A DNA stretch of 61,146 nt, filler included, from Malassezia furfur (GCA_052055015.1; 2 parts of 2 records of this genome joined end to end with filler, not necessarily neighbours in it), one strand, 5' to 3'; positions 23,626 to 37,045 are shown, counted from the first letter of the whole stretch. A program made the numbers and translations. Notes: a model not told the origin generated them from the letters alone.

Positions 23626-25144
23626 TTACGAAAGGAAAACAATCACAAAGAGTGTAACGAGGAATGCGATCAACGAGACGTTGAAGTGCGGCGCAGAGAT
23701 AGACAGAGCGCTGTTGCTGTTCTTGTTCTGCGAGTCGGAAGCCGACTCGTCGTGCGAGCTAGCGGGCGAGCTAGTGGACGAGCTAGTGGACGAGCTAGTG
23801 GACGAGCTCGTGGACGAGCCGTTCCCACTGCCGGTCTTGTTGGTATCCTTGCTCGTGGTCGAAGTCGACTGGTTGGTCACAGCAAACCCAGTCTTTTGTT
23901 GCGACAAGGCGACAGGGGTGTACGTCGCTTTGGCATTCACTTGAATGGAGTTACCGTCCGGTAGCCCCGTCGCCTTGTCTCCGCTAATGTACTGGGAGAA
24001 GGCAGGGTATGTAATGTTCTCCGGGTACGGGTGCGTAACGTTCTGGCACGCACTCACGGGCACGACATTCTTGTAAGCGTTCTTGACCTGGCTAAACATC
24101 TTCTGGAACTCTCCCATAGTGTACTGGTCGATTTCATGCGTGAGCACGATGGGGCTTTCACTGCTGGCCTTGTTAAAGATCTTCTGGTAATTCTGGTCAA
24201 TCTTCTGCGTGGGTTGGTCGCCCGACGGGGTAATGTTCCAATCGTCCGTGTCCTCCTCCCACAGGACGGTGCGCAGCCCGAGGCCTGCAGCAATCGCACG
24301 CACGCGGTCGTCCGTATCGCCGAAAGGAGGACGCCAACACGTAGGTGTGACACCAGTGGCGATCTTGATAGCCTTGGCGGTGTAATACAGCTCGGCAAAC
24401 ACCTGCTCATTCGAGAGCGTCGTCATGTAGCGGTGCGACCACGTGTGCACACAGATGTCGTGGCCGTCGACAATCCCACGCTGCGCCTGGAGCGGCCAGT
24501 TGACGACATTGGACCCAATGTAGAACATGGTAGCCTTGAGGTTATTCTGCTGCAGGAAGTCGTAGAAGGCATTGTGCGAGCAGTTTGGTCCGTCGTCAAA
24601 GGTCAGGCCCCACGTGTTGGGCTCTGGGCATTGATACAGATCCTGGGGGATGTTGCCGTGCTTGGGCTTCTTGCAGCCCGACGCGGTCCACCAGCAGTCG
24701 GGGTCGCTGTCCGAATTGTACGACGAGTCGTCCACGCCGTAGTCTGGAGTCAGTCGAAGGGTGACACGTACGTTGGCCGCCCGTGTTGTCCTGCTTCACC
24801 TGCACATCGGAGGGAATGATGTTGGAGTTTTGAATGTCCTGCCACACCTGCTGCGCCTCGTTGTCGCCGTTCTGGATCCACGCAATCTTGTCCGCCTTGG
24901 GGAACACGTTCTGCTTCAACAGCTGGTTCATCCCCTCGGCGTTCGCATTCGCGCACGCCTGGGTCGCGTCCGAAATTTGTGCAAACTGGGCTTCGTTCGT
25001 GGTGGACCCAGCGCGGCGGAGAAGCCGGCGATGCTGCTGCGTCGCGACGGCTTCGGGCTCGCCGGGGACGACATGCAAGAGCGACGCAGACACCACGACT
25101 GTGGTCGCACTGACTAGTGCAGGAAACACCAGACGGAGCTGCAT
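23626..25144 (-). CDS. GPI-anchored chitin deacetylase (CE4/NodB polysaccharide deacetylase); intron 24744-24771
   Basis: Signal peptide MQLRLVFPALVSA; DPDCWW..SGC; WGLTFDDGP; HTWSH; RPPFGD; Ser/Thr-rich stalk with (STSS)n repeat at 23771-23820; hydrophobic GPI-type tail. Confidence 0.93.
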
Positions 25145-25533
25145 TTCGTGGTCAACGGAGCGATGGAAACCGCGTAGATGCGGCTCCTGCCCTTTTTTTA
25201 AGGCCAGCGTGCGTCCGCGCAATTCCGGACACCGGAGCGTGTTCGCGTGTCATCCGGTCGTCTGGGTCGCGAAGCAGCTGCGCACTCTGCATAAAGTGTG
25301 CAGATTGTGCCACCCACCCGCCAAAAAAATCTGCAGCTTAAATGAATTCCACGTGCCTCACCACACACCCGGCGCTCCCTTACCGCGCGCAACAGGCCAA
25401 TCACGGGCAGTGGGTGGGAGCAGAGCAGACGACGCAATGGCGGATGGTACGAAGCAGCGTCGTGCCAGCAGCAGCAGGAAGGGGCTATGGTACAAGTGGC
25501 ATCGCTTGTCTACAAATACAGAAGGGGCGGAGA

Positions 25534-26915
25534 TCACTTTTCGTCCTCGGTGATGGGCTCGTCGACCCACCCGCCACCGAGGTCGGGCGGCAGCTCGTCC
25601 ATTTGCACACTGGGTGCGCCGTGTAGGTAGCGTAGCTGCTCCAAGATCTGCACGCGGATTCGCTCGAGGTTCGCGCGCGCGTTTTGGTTCTCGACGCGCG
25701 TGAGCAGCGGCTCGTGCAGCCGATGCGTCGGTGCGAAGAAGGCGTCGTAGGGCGTATGGGGCAGGTCGTCGGGCACCTGGGTGCCCGTAAGCACCGACGT
25801 CTCGTATGTCCAGCACCGCGCGACGTTACGAATCGTATACCCACCACCGCCCAACACAAGGAGCGGGATGCCAAATGCTTTGGTAAAGGCGACGCACTCG
25901 CCGTGTCCTGAAATGCTCAGGTTGAAGCACCCCAGGCGGTCGAGCCCCAGCGAGTCCGCGCCGCACTGGAGCACGATGGCGCCGGGCCGGAACGTGTAGA
26001 TACACGGCTCAATGATGCTCTTGAAGAGCGACACGTAGGTGCTGTCGTCGATTCCGTCCTGCAGCGGGACGTTGAGGCAGAAGTGCTTCCCAAGTCCGAC
26101 GCCGGTCTCGGAGATGTCGCCCGTGCACGGGAAAAAGTCGTTACCGTACTTGTGGAACGACACAGTCATAACGCGGTTGGAGTTGTAAAAGGCCTCTTGC
26201 ACACCGTCGCCGTGGTGGATGTCGATGTCGATGTACAACACCCGTGGGAAGGTGCGGAGCAGCTCAAGAATCGCCAGGACGATGTCGTTGATGTAGCAGA
26301 AGCCACTCGCCTCGAACTTTTTCGCATGGTGCAGTCCGCCCGTCCAGTTAATGGCAATGTCGGTCGTGCCCGCAGCGAGCCGGCGTGCGGCCGCGAGAGA
26401 GCCGCCGGCGTACGCACGGCAGAAATCGTACATTCCGTCGAACACCGGGCAGTCGTCGGCGAAGTTGAAGCGCGTAAAGTCGGCTGACAAGGGAGACGAG
26501 GGTGTGACGGTGCTGAGGAAGTCGACGTAGTCGCTATCGTGGAACGCCTCGAGTTCCTCGCGCGATGCCCAGCGTGGAGAGTAGACGCTCATGTACTTGT
26601 GCAGGCCGTAGCCGTACACGAGGCGGTTGGTGAGCGCGAGTCGCGCAGGTTTCATCGGATGGCGCTCTCCATAGTGCTGCGGTGTGAGTGGGGCAAACGT
26701 ACGTAGTCGCTGACGCCGACTGCAAAGTAGTACGACACGCGTGGGTTCGAGTGCGGCTGGGTATGTTTCGCGTCGGCGAGCAGGGCGCCTTTTGCAAGCT
26801 CCGGCGCGCCATCAGGCGTGGTTGGGCACCGGTCGAAGAAGAAGGGGGCGCTCGAGAACGTCGGGAGGGGCGCCTGCGGCGCGTTCGGCGCCGCGTCGTA
26901 CGCCAGGACGACCAT
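25534..26915 (-). CDS. HOS2: Class I histone deacetylase, Hos2-like; intron 26677-26702
   Basis: [62 protein letters not shown]. The Hos2 rather than Rpd3 assignment rests on RLALT/YGL and the short C-terminus. Confidence 0.85.
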
Positions 26916-27071
26916 GGCAGCAAGAGCGCGGCGTGTGTGCCCACGTGACACTTTGGCGCCGGCGCCGCCGCTCGTTTGCGGCGCGCGAGGGCGCCGCGGA
27001 GGGAAATTGGTCAGCAGCGTGTACGTCCGTTTTTCCGCGCCGGTTCCCTCCCGTCTACCACGCCGTTCACG

Positions 27072-28392
27072 ATGGCGCGTGGAATGTCGGCCAGTACGGG
27101 TCTCTTGGTGCTGGGCATGCTCATCACGGGCATTCTGAACTCGCTTGTGTCGAAATGGTGCGTCGTTGCGCGGCTGACGCAGGCAAGATATGCAGTGTGT
27201 GGAAAACTGCGAGCCGGACAGCCCGGGTAAGCCGGTGAAGTACTCGCAGCCCGTGTGGCAGACGCTGCAGATGTTTGTGGGTGAGCTGTGCTGTCTTGTT
27301 CCGTTCTTTGCGCATGTCGCCCGCAAGAAGTGGCGGCGCTGGCAGCGCGAGAAGGCGCGTCAGGCCGGCGGCGAGAACCAGTCGCTGATTTCGGTGAACG
27401 ACGACTCGGAGGTGGCGCCGTACGGCAGTGTGCACGCGTCGTTCCTGCGTGTGAATGTACCGAACCTGTTTGGCGGCCTGCTGCCGATCGACGTCGGCGA
27501 CGGGATGACGGCGGTGCATGTGCGCCGCCGGCTGAACAAGTGGTGGAACCTGGCCGTGCTGTTTGTGGTGCCGGCGCTGTGCGACATTTGTGCGACGACG
27601 CTGATGAACTCGGCGCTGATCATCATGCCCGTGAGTATCTTCCAGATGACGCGCGGTGCGCTGGTGCTGTGGGTGGGCCTGTTCAGTGTCATGTTCCTGC
27701 ACCACCGCCTGCGGCTGTACGAGTGGGTGAGCCTCGTGCTCGTGATGCTCGGCGTGGCGATTGTCGGGCTGAGCAGTGTGCTGGTGAACCCCACGGCGTC
27801 GGTCGTGCTGGTGATGACGCGCACCACCGACGCGCAGGCGGCGATCAACGCGCTGCTGGGCCTCGCCATGGTGCTCTCGGCGCAGATCTTTGCGGCGCTG
27901 CAGTTTGTCTACGAGGAGAAGGTCATGGGCGACCACGAGGTGCAGCCGATGCTCGCTGTCGGCCTCGAGGGCCTGTTTGGCTCGCTGCTGGTGCTTATGA
28001 TGATGCCAGTGCTGCATTTCTTTATCGGCTCGACGCCCGCCGGGCGCGGCGGCTACTTTGACATGGTCACCGGCTGGCACCAGCTCGTGGGCGTGCCGCG
28101 CGTCATGTGGGGCTCGGTGCTGTGTGCGTCGAGCATCGCGCTGTACAACATGTTTGGCCTGAGTGTGACGCGGCTGGTGAGCGCCACGGCGCGCAGCACC
28201 ATCGACACCTTCCGCACGCTCGGCATCACCTTTGCAAGCATCGCGCTTGGCTGGGAGGTGCTGCAGCCGCTCAGCGGCCTGATGCAGGCGCTCGGCTTCA
28301 CGAGCCTGGCATACGGCACGTTTGTGTTCAACGGCGTGGTTTCGCCGCCGCGCATGCTGCTGACGCGCCGCGAGCGTGCCGAGCTTGCGTAA
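27072..28392 (+). CDS. SLC35F6-like drug/metabolite (nucleotide-sugar) transporter; intron 27158-27182
   Basis: ML.TG..NS…KWQDMQCVENC, QPVWQTLQMFVGE, PALCDI.ATTLMN, SIFQMTRG, QFV.EEK, SATARSTID. Confidence 0.88.
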
Positions 28393-28532
28393 CGCGCCGA
28401 GAGATACCCCCCCCCACCCTGCCGCGGACCCTCCGGCGCGCCGTGGTGCGGCGCCCGGCGCGGCACGTATACGTAGCATGTCTGTGTACAGCGCAGCCCC
28501 TGGGGCCCCTTTCGTATCGCAATTCTGTCTGT

Positions 28533-30539
28533 CTACTCGTTCCCAAAGCGCATCCCCTCCTCGATGGCAAGCACCAGCTTGTTCTCGAGCACCTCGCGCG
28601 AGGGGTACGGCGGCAAGTCGATCCGGTTGAAGCACGTGTGCGACTTGGGCAGCTGGTTCACCTCGCCCGACTTCTCGATCGTGAAGCGACGCGGGCCGTC
28701 GGAGCCCTGCAGGTCCTTGAAGCCGTTCACCGGGATCCGCGAGGTGCCCGTGGCGAACTGGAGCAGGCGCGAGCGCTGCTCCGCGGGCCACTTTTGCACA
28801 CACTGCCAGAACCACTGGACGACGTCGTCCTGCTCGGTGAAGCCGCGGTAGTCGGTGAAGCGCTTCCAGTCGTCCACGTCGATCTCCGACATACCGCCCA
28901 TGAGCAGCTCGAGCTCGCGCTCGTCGAACACGTTGATCAGGTCGAGCGGGATGAGCTCCGAGAAGCCCGAGATGAACGCGCGGAACTGCTCCTCGACGCG
29001 CTTCACAATGCGCCACTCGACCATGCGCTCGACGTACTCGCGCTTGTTCTCGTCGGTGACCTCGATGTGCTCGCCGCCGGGCTTGAGCTCGACGGTGATC
29101 ATCTCGCCAAACTTGTCGTCGATGGCCGAGAAGGTCTCGTCCATGATGCCGGCGATCGGGTTGTCCAGCATCCACTGCAGCGAGCGGTGGTAGTCGGCGT
29201 CGACGCTCTCCATGTCGCTCAGCAGGATCTTCTTCTTGAGGATCATCTTGTAGAACGACACGATGAAGTGCGCGTCGAGGAAGCGCCGGTGGAAAATGGC
29301 CAGGCCGAGCACGCGGCCGATAAACTTGAAGTAGTTCAGGTGCTCGGGGTTGATGCCCGAGTGCGGGTTGATCTGCAGCGTGTAGTTGTCGTGCGCGCTG
29401 TACTCGAACAGGCAGTAGAACGGATTGAACATCTCATGCGACAGCAGGAAGAAGAACTCACGCGAGACACCGCCGTAGTCGAGCGCATCCTCGCCCTCAA
29501 ACTTGATCATCAGCCGCTTCTTGAGGTCGTTGGGCTGCTGCCGCATGATCTCCGCATACGAGTCCTCAAAGATGTGCGTGCGGCGCACCTTGACGTGGCA
29601 CTGCCCGGGGATCGGACGCAGCGCCGGCTGCGACCGGAAGTAGATCAGCTTGCGCCGGAAGTCGCGCTTGTACTGCGGCACGTTCTGGTCCAAGCTGCTC
29701 GGCAGCCGCGGGTCGTCCCACGTCGTCGTCTTGGTGTTGTGGTCCACAAAGTAGACACGCGCCGTCGACGTCAGGCGCATCTCCCAGCCACTCGGCAGCG
29801 GGCCCAGCTGGCTCACACTTTGCGGCTGCAGGCTCAGGTTGTTGCCGTTCGGGCCCATGATCCGCAGAATCTGCTGCCGCCGCGGGTCCACCCACGTCGT
29901 CGTGCGCGTGTTGTGGTCCACAAAGTACGGACGGCCCTCGGCCGTGGTGCGCTGCTCCCAGCCGCTCGGCAGCGGCCCACTGCCCGTCGCCGTCGCACTG
30001 CTCGCCGCACCCACGGGCGCCGCACCCCCGCTGCTCCCGGCATCGCCGGACGCACCGCCCGACGCGCTGCCGCCGCTGCTCTCCACGCCCAAAAAGTCGT
30101 CGGCGACCGCCATCGCATTCATCCGCGCGCGGTCTGACTCGGCGTGCTGCCGCTGCGCCGCCGCATCGTTCGTGGGGCGCGTCCACGTCGTCGAGCGCGT
30201 GTTGTGGTCGACGTAGTACGTGCGGCCCAGGTGGTCCGTACGCCGCTCCCAGCCGGGCGGCAGCGCACCGAGCTCGTCGGAGCGCGAGTCGACGACGCTT
30301 CGCATCGGCGTCGCCGTCCCGGGCGTCGACGCACCCGACACGCCGCCGGCCATGCTCGGCATCGCGGGCGCGGCACTCGGCACGGGCGCCGTCGCCGCAC
30401 CCGTCTCGGACGTCACCACCACCGGCACGGCCGTCTCGGTGGGGTCGGCACGCGCAACGTGCTCCACGGGCGCGGGCGCGGGCGCCGCCGCAGGCGCCAC
30501 GGGCGTGGCACGCACCGGCTCGTCGTGCACCGGCGCAGG
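28533..30539 (-). CDS. RSP5: NEDD4-family HECT E3 ligase Rsp5/Pub1, 5'-truncated by gap (C2 domain missing)
   Basis: Three WW domains (LPxGWE…YxVDHNT.TT.W) and a HECT domain ending [16 protein letters not shown]…F. Confidence 0.96.
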   Translation of the reverse strand, partial: PAPVHDEPVRATPVAPAAAPAPAPVEHVARADPTETAVPVVVTSETGAATAPVPSAAPAMPSMAGGVSGASTPGTATPMRSVVDSRSDELGALPPGWERRTDHLGRTYYVDHNTRSTTWTRPTNDAAAQRQHAESDRARMNAMAVADDFLGVESSGGSASGGASGDAGSSGGAAPVGAASSATATGSGPLPSGWEQRTTAEGRPYFVDHNTRTTTWVDPRRQQILRIMGPNGNNLSLQPQSVSQLGPLPSGWEMRLTSTARVYFVDHNTKTTTWDDPRLPSSLDQNVPQYKRDFRRKLIYFRSQPALRPIPGQCHVKVRRTHIFEDSYAEIMRQQPNDLKKRLMIKFEGEDALDYGGVSREFFFLLSHEMFNPFYCLFEYSAHDNYTLQINPHSGINPEHLNYFKFIGRVLGLAIFHRRFLDAHFIVSFYKMILKKKILLSDMESVDADYHRSLQWMLDNPIAGIMDETFSAIDDKFGEMITVELKPGGEHIEVTDENKREYVERMVEWRIVKRVEEQFRAFISGFSELIPLDLINVFDERELELLMGGMSEIDVDDWKRFTDYRGFTEQDDVVQWFWQCVQKWPAEQRSRLLQFATGTSRIPVNGFKDLQGSDGPRRFTIEKSGEVNQLPKSHTCFNRIDLPPYPSREVLENKLVLAIEEGMRFGNE

Positions 30540-30639
30540 NNNNNNNNNNNNNNNNNNNNNNNNNNNNNNNNNNNNNNNNNNNNTTAATTAATTAANNNNN
30601 NNNNNNNNNNNNNNNNNNNNNNNNNNNNNNNNNNNNNNN
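30540..30639. other. Artificial contig junction (N-run with TTAATTAATTAA six-frame stop spacer at 30584-30595)
   Basis: A 12-nt spacer embedded in Ns gives TAA in all six frames; the genes on both sides are truncated. Confidence 0.9.
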
Positions 30640-33514
30640 GCTCCTGGATGCCGAGGCACATCTCCTTTGCGCTCGAGTTGTGCGCAAACAGCTCGAGGAT
30701 CGCGAGCGCCAAGCTGCCGGTGCTTGCCGCGCGCTCCTCGCCGCTCTCTGCGCCGACGTTCGCCACAAGGTGCACTTGGTCGGCAGGCAGCGAGTCAACA
30801 GCACTCACGAGTGACAGCGCCGGCGCCAGCACATCGAGCACACGGAAGTTGAGCTCGGCCATCTGCTCGCGCAGCGCCTCGCTCTGCTCGGCTTCGTTCA
30901 GCGTCGACTCGAGCTGCGTAAAGAGACGCAGCACCAGGCGGTACAGGTTCTGCGCCAGCACGCGCGTCTTGGTCTCGGACGCGGTCCGCTCAGGGCCCTC
31001 ATCCAGCTCCTTGGTGCGCCGGCGTAGCGTTGCGCGGCATGCACTCTCGATCGCGTCCAGCGAGGCGACCAGCTCGTCGGCGTTGAACGGCTCCAGCACC
31101 GCATCCTCGGCGCCGGGCGTCGTGGCGCCGGAGCGCACGGGGCTCGTCATCGATACTTGCGTCGGCACACTCGGGCGATCGCTAGACAGTGTGCGCTCCA
31201 TCTCGGGCACATGCGTGACCGAGACATCGGGCTTGCTCACCCCGCCGTTGCTCAGTGCACCACGCACGTACGGCACCGCGCGGGGATCAGAGATGTACAT
31301 GTGCACCGTGTTGGGGCGCACCGATGCGCCGCGCCGGCTCCGGCGTCCCGACGGCATCGGCGACGGCGCCCAGCGCGCCATGGGCGACGACACCGCACTC
31401 GGTTGCGGCAGCGCCTCGGGCCGCGTGTCAATCATTAGTCCGGGCTCCTCGGAGAGGGGCCCGGGATGCGAATCCTTGCGAGTCGGCAGGGGGGCAGGGA
31501 AACGGGCACTGCCCTCGCCGGATGGATTGTGCAGGACCAGGTCGGGGAAGGAGTCGTACGAGGGCGACTCGGCCGCCGGCGGGAACGCCACAAGCACCTG
31601 GAACACGAGCATCTTGAGCGGGCCCTGCTTGCCCGACGGGCCGCTGCTCGGCCGCACCGCCTTGTCTTTGCCCGGCTCGGGCAGCGCGGCGCCCTCCTCG
31701 GTGTCCTTGGCGTGCGGCGGGAGGATCACGAGGGGGTCCGGCTTCGGCCTCTGTCCAAACATGGTCATGAGCGAATGCATGAGCGTCGATAGCGGCCCCT
31801 GGGCCTCCTCGTGCGTCATCTCCACGACACACTCAAACGTCCGGTTCGTCACGCCCGGATCGCCGTACGGCGTCGAGGGCACCGACACACCCGCGCTCAG
31901 GTCGCCACCGCCCAGCCCCGACTGCCAATGGAGCCGCTGGATGGTCCGGTCGTCGGATTCGGGGAGAGTATGGTACAAGATGCCGGCACACCGGAAGCAG
32001 TACTTGATGAACGACAGCACCCGCAAACTGTGCAGTTTGTTGGGGTTCAGCAGCGTGAGCCGCGTGTACTGCGGCGACTCGGCTCCTGCGGGCAGCAGCT
32101 CCGAGAAGGGCTGTGTCCCAGCGCTCGGCTGTCCGGGCACGTCGTTCTCGAGCACGAGCGTGAGCGGCATCGAGTACTGCGGCAGGTTCAGGCAGAACGA
32201 CGTGCTGCGCAACTCGCGGCGCAGCGACGGCTGCGCGTCATCCTGGCGTGCAAGATAGTACTGTGCAATCTCCTCAAAGTGCTTCATGCGTTTCTCGCCA
32301 TTGAGGTCCAGCAGCCGGGCGATCTGCTCGCGCAGCGGATGCGCGGGAAGAGTCTGCAAAACACGTTTCGCGCGGTTCGCCATGGACTGCGGCGAGGGAT
32401 GCGACGTGCCGAGTGGGTATCGAATGCCCGAAAGACATCGCAGCAACGTCACACCACACGTCCACGCATCCACCTCGGGACCCCAGTAGGCCATTGTGCC
32501 CGGCGGCTGTGTGAGTGCCGTGACAATCTCAGGGCAGTGGAACGCGGGCGAGCCACAACATGTGGTCAGCTTTGCGCGGCTCTTGCTGAAGTGCGTCGCC
32601 AGCCCAAAGTCGAGCAGCTTGAGATGCAGCGTCTCCGGATGCACCAGGATGTTTTCGGGCTTCACATCGCGGTGGCACACACGCAGCGGCCAGTGAATCG
32701 CGTACAGCACCAGCACCAGCTGCGAAAAGATCTTCTCCGCAATCGCCAGCGGAAGCACAGGGGCCTTGGGCGGTTTCGTGGTGCTGAGCTTGGGAATGAG
32801 TGCCTCGAGTGTGATATAGCCCTCGAGGTACTCTTCCACGAGGTAGAAATGGCCCGGCGTCCGGATCGTTTCCACCACCCCCACGAGGTTCGGATGTGGC
32901 GGAAGCTCGGCGAGCAGCGTAGGTTCACGCAGCAGACGCGTCGCGACCAGCTCGTGGTGGGGGAAGAGCGGCGTGTGTTTAATCGCAAAGCGCTGCCCGT
33001 TCTTCACAGCCAGGTATACGGTCGAGAAACGGCCACGGCCAAGCGTGCGTGGGAGGATGGTATAGTCACAGATACCCCAATCCAACAAGCGGTCCATTCC
33101 CACAATATCCTGCGGCTCATGTTTCCGTGCCAGCACTTCGGCCAGTGGCGGAACCACCTCCGCGGCGGTCCAACTGAAATGATCCAGCTCGGAAGGGTTG
33201 TTCACACGCACGTCTTCGTACCAAAGCAGAACGCTGCTACCGGCACCCCGCGTGCGCTCCCACTCCTGTCGCTCGCGTTTCGCGGCGGCGGCGGCGGCCC
33301 GGCTCCTCTCTTGCGCGCGACTAATCGCACTGCTCGAGTTTGTATCCGATACACGTGAAGCACTGGGCCCCGCACGACCAGCCGTTCCAGCCTCGGTCTT
33401 TTCCGCATCTCGCGCTGAATCGGATGTCTTGGTCGAGGGGTTCGACGAATCCGTCTTGCGCTGCGTGGATGACACGCCGCGGACGGGCCCATAGATGCCC
33501 ACCGGATCAAGCAT
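30640..33514 (-). CDS. CAMK/CAMKL-like Ser/Thr protein kinase with long C-terminal extension, 3'-truncated
   Basis: GRGRFS, AIK, HRDVKPEN, DFG, TTCCGSPAFHCPE, DAWTCG. Confidence 0.88.
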
Positions 33515-33838
33515 GGAGCCCACTAACTACCACACAATAGCTTCGTCGTAGCTGGACACCTTCTTGTGTAAGATAGGAAAAGAAGTCCAGGGCCAGGACA
33601 CGGACCCCCTCGAAAAACAAGTGCAAGTTGGGCACTTATGCACGCCGCTATAATTTGGACTAGAAGACGGGCGGTCGTGCTGAGCCAAATAATGGCACGA
33701 TACTATTCGCACCCGCGCCCGATCTCATGCCGATTAGATTGGCCTGTGCCTTGGCAGACGCCCAATGACGTGATCATACCGGCCTATACTGCTGCAAGAA
33801 TATCACTAACCAACCGTGTGGACCGCTGTATGATAAGG

Positions 33839-34462
33839 TCAAGGGCGCGAACGAAGCAAACGTTCGTCGTGGCGCGGAGACACCGGCGGAGATGCTGACC
33901 TTCGGCGGCCCTGGGCGTAAGTGAGATTCTGCATGCGACGAATGGGTGACAGCGGCTTATCATCCAAATCGTCCGCAGGCGCGCGCGCGGAGGGAGAGGT
34001 ATCTCGGTCGTCAGGCGAAGCGTGTCGTGAGGATAGCAAAGACCGTGGTGAGCACGTGCTGCACGACGTGGGGTGACTAAGAGAATCATCGTCGTCACCA
34101 CTGTCGTCACGGTCGCTGCCGCTGTCACTCAGCGGAGAGGGTCTTTTGCGTCGTCCTCGTTCGTGTTCGCGATCACGGTTGCGACCACGATCCCGATCGC
34201 GTTCTCGTTCGCGTTCGCGCTCAGCCAGGACCTCGGTGGCCACACCTGCGCGGCGCACTTCTTCGACATGCGCCTCCTTAGGCCGGATCTTTTCTTCTAG
34301 CGCAGGGTTCGCGAGCACTTGCGTCCGTGTTGGTCGTGATTTGTATGGCCGTGGGTTTTTACATTCATAGATGGCATGTCCGGGCTGCTCACATCGTTGG
34401 CACACACGCTGCTTGCCACCCAGACCCGCCCGCGCGTCGAGAGGCACACGCGTCGGGTACAT
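33839..34462 (-). CDS. ZCCHC10-like zinc-knuckle protein with RD/RE-rich tail
   Basis: CQRCEQPGHAIYECKNPRPYKSRPTRTQ.L is the zf-CCHC_3-type signature. Confidence 0.82.
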   Translation of the reverse strand: MYPTRVPLDARAGLGGKQRVCQRCEQPGHAIYECKNPRPYKSRPTRTQVLANPALEEKIRPKEAHVEEVRRAGVATEVLAERERERERDRDRGRNRDREHERGRRKRPSPLSDSGSDRDDSGDDDDSLSHPTSCSTCSPRSLLSSRHASPDDRDTSPSARAPADDLDDKPLSPIRRMQNLTYAQGRRRSASPPVSPRHDERLLRSRP

Positions 34463-34615
34463 CGACCGAAAATCTGGTCGCCGTAGAGGATCCGAGCGGG
34501 GTCGCGACGATGTGCTGACTAAGCAAGTTCGAGAGTTTTCTAGGCAAGTCCGTGCACGGACGCCGCCCGTCCTCTTAAGGCTGCACGCGCGCCACCTGCG
34601 CTTCGCCTTTCAAAC

Positions 34616-37045
34616 ATGTCTATGCGAAAGATCGCATCCTCTGCACTGGAGGTCCGTCCGGCGCGGATGATTGCAGGCACACGTATGCCTTCGATCGCTG
34701 CGCCGGCCATGCGGCCCTCTGGACGCTTGACACAGTCGCCAAAAGCGCATCATCGCATGCAACTTCACACATCCGCACGCCGCTTCCAAGGTCCGCCCGG
34801 TGGTGGCGGTGGCTTTGGCGGTATGCGCATGAACCCCAATCAACAACAAGCAGAACCCGGTGCAACGCTCGCCGAGTATTCGACGGACCTGACCAAGCTG
34901 GCTGCCGAGGGCAAGTTGGACCCCGTCATTGGCCGTGACAGTGAGATTCGACGCACCATCCAGATCCTGTCGCGGCGCACTAAGTCGAACCCGGTGCTGG
35001 TCGGCCCCGCGGGTGTCGGTAAGACGGCCGTGATGGAAGGCCTTGCGCAGCGCATCGTCAACAAAGAGGTCCCCGAATCGCTGCAAGACAAGCGCATCTG
35101 TGCGCTGGACCTCAGTGCACTGCTAGCCGGTGCGTCGTTCCGTGGCGCATTTGAGGAGCGCTTCAAGGCGCTGCTTGCCGACATCGAGCATGAGGCGGGC
35201 AAAGTGATCGTGTTCATCGACGAACTGCACATGCTCCTGAACCTCGGCAAGGCGGAGGGCTCGATCGATGCGGCCAACATGATGAAGCCCATGCTGGCGC
35301 GTGGCACGCTGCAGTGCGCCGGTGCGACGACCTACGACGAATACCGCCGCTACATCGAGAAGGACGCGGCGCTTTCGCGTCGTTTCCAGGCGGTGTGGGT
35401 ACTGGAGCCGACGCAGGAGGCCGCCATTGCCATCCTGCGTGGTCTGCGCTCGCGCTACGAAGTGCACCACGGTGTGGGCGTGAGTGACGGCGCGCTGGTG
35501 ACAGCGGCGAACTATGCCGCGCGCTATCTGACCGAGCGCAAGCTGCCCGACTCGGCCATCGACTTGCTGGACGAGGCGATGTCGGCGCTCCGTCTGCAAC
35601 AGGAGAGCAAGCCGGAGCAAATCGAGACGCTGGACCGTGACATTCTCACACTGCAGATCGAGCTCGAGTCGCTGCGGCACGAGAGCGATCCGCTTTCGGT
35701 GGAGCGCAAGGAGCACGTCGAGAAGGAACTACAGGAAAAGCGCCAAGAGAGCGCGAAGCTCACTTCGTCCTGGATGGAGGAGCGTCAGCGCCTGGACAAG
35801 ATGAAGAACATCAAGGAGGAGCTCGAGGAGGCGCGCATCCAGCTCGAGCAGGCCACGCGTGAGGGCGACTTCCAGCGCGTCGCCGAGCTGCAATACGGCC
35901 GGATCCCCGAGCTGACGCAGCAGCTGCCCAAGGAAGACGAACACGGCGACGAAGACCCGTCGAAGCGCTCGACGCAGCCCATGCTGAACGAGCGTGTGAC
36001 GAGTGACGACATCGCCGCGGTCGTCGCCAAGATGACCGGCGTGCCTGTGCGCAACCTGCTGCGTGGCGAGCGCGAGCGGCTGATGCAGATCGAGGAGGAG
36101 CTGCGCAAGCGCATCATTGGCCAGGACGAGGCGCTTTCGGCGATTGCCGAGGCGGTGCGTCTGAGCCGCGCGGGGCTCAACTCGGCCAAGCGGCCGCTCG
36201 CCTCGTTCATGTTCCTCGGCGGAACCGGTGTGGGCAAGACGGAGGCGGCCAAGGGGCTGGCCAACTTCTTGTTCGACTCGGAGAAGCTCGTGCAGATCAA
36301 CTGTTCCGAGCTGAGCGAGTCGCACTCGGTGTCGAAGCTGATCGGTGCGCCGCCCGGCTACGTCGGCCACGACGATGGCGGGCAGCTCACCGAGCAGGTG
36401 CGTCGCCACCCTTACTCGGTGGTGCTCTTTGACGAGATCGAGAAGGCGAACCGGAGCATCCACACGCTCCTGCTCCAGATCCTCGACGAGGGCCGCCTGG
36501 CCGACTCGCAGGGCCGCGTCGTCGACTTCCGCCAGACGATCATTATTCTCACGTCCAACGTCGGCGCCGAAGTGCTGTACAACCCCGGCTCGACGGACGC
36601 CACTGGTCATGTCACCCCCGAGGCGCGCGCCAAGGTGAACGCTGACGTGCAGCGTGCCTTCCCGCCAGAGCTGCTCAACCGCCTGGACGAGCAGATCATC
36701 TTCAACAACCTCGCACCCGACACGCTCAACGGCATCGTCGCGATCCGGCTGCGTGAGGTAGCGGACCGTCTGCACGACAAGCGCATCAAGCTCAGCGTCG
36801 ACACCGCGGCGGAGCAGTGGCTTGCGAAGCACGGCTACGACCCCGCGTACGGTGCGCGGCCGCTCAACCGTCTCGTGCAGAAGCAACTGCTCAACCCACT
36901 CGCCTCGGAACTGATCCAGGGCAAGATCAGTGAGGGCGACACGGTCGAAGTCGGCGTGCGTGCCGATGAGCAGGCGTTGACTCTGCACGCCGTCCCCCCG
37001 CCGATCCAGCCTGACGTGGAGACGGAGCGGGCACCGGACGCGTAG
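34616..37045 (+). CDS. HSP78: Mitochondrial ClpB/Hsp100 disaggregase Hsp78
   Basis: Presequence, no N-domain, [18 protein letters not shown], middle coiled coil, [22 protein letters not shown]. Confidence 0.95.
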   Translation: MSMRKIASSALEVRPARMIAGTRMPSIAAPAMRPSGRLTQSPKAHHRMQLHTSARRFQGPPGGGGGFGGMRMNPNQQQAEPGATLAEYSTDLTKLAAEGKLDPVIGRDSEIRRTIQILSRRTKSNPVLVGPAGVGKTAVMEGLAQRIVNKEVPESLQDKRICALDLSALLAGASFRGAFEERFKALLADIEHEAGKVIVFIDELHMLLNLGKAEGSIDAANMMKPMLARGTLQCAGATTYDEYRRYIEKDAALSRRFQAVWVLEPTQEAAIAILRGLRSRYEVHHGVGVSDGALVTAANYAARYLTERKLPDSAIDLLDEAMSALRLQQESKPEQIETLDRDILTLQIELESLRHESDPLSVERKEHVEKELQEKRQESAKLTSSWMEERQRLDKMKNIKEELEEARIQLEQATREGDFQRVAELQYGRIPELTQQLPKEDEHGDEDPSKRSTQPMLNERVTSDDIAAVVAKMTGVPVRNLLRGERERLMQIEEELRKRIIGQDEALSAIAEAVRLSRAGLNSAKRPLASFMFLGGTGVGKTEAAKGLANFLFDSEKLVQINCSELSESHSVSKLIGAPPGYVGHDDGGQLTEQVRRHPYSVVLFDEIEKANRSIHTLLLQILDEGRLADSQGRVVDFRQTIIILTSNVGAEVLYNPGSTDATGHVTPEARAKVNADVQRAFPPELLNRLDEQIIFNNLAPDTLNGIVAIRLREVADRLHDKRIKLSVDTAAEQWLAKHGYDPAYGARPLNRLVQKQLLNPLASELIQGKISEGDTVEVGVRADEQALTLHAVPPPIQPDVETERAPDA

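Noticed and set aside
23459..23640. AT-rich patch as a possible centromere core
   Set aside because: Too short and not AT-rich enough. It is explained by the tRNA terminator and the chitin deacetylase 3' end.
30584..30595. TTAATTAATTAA palindromic repeat inside the N-run
   Set aside because: It is an artificial six-frame-stop linker between contigs. Adjacency of RSP5 and the kinase across it should not be trusted.
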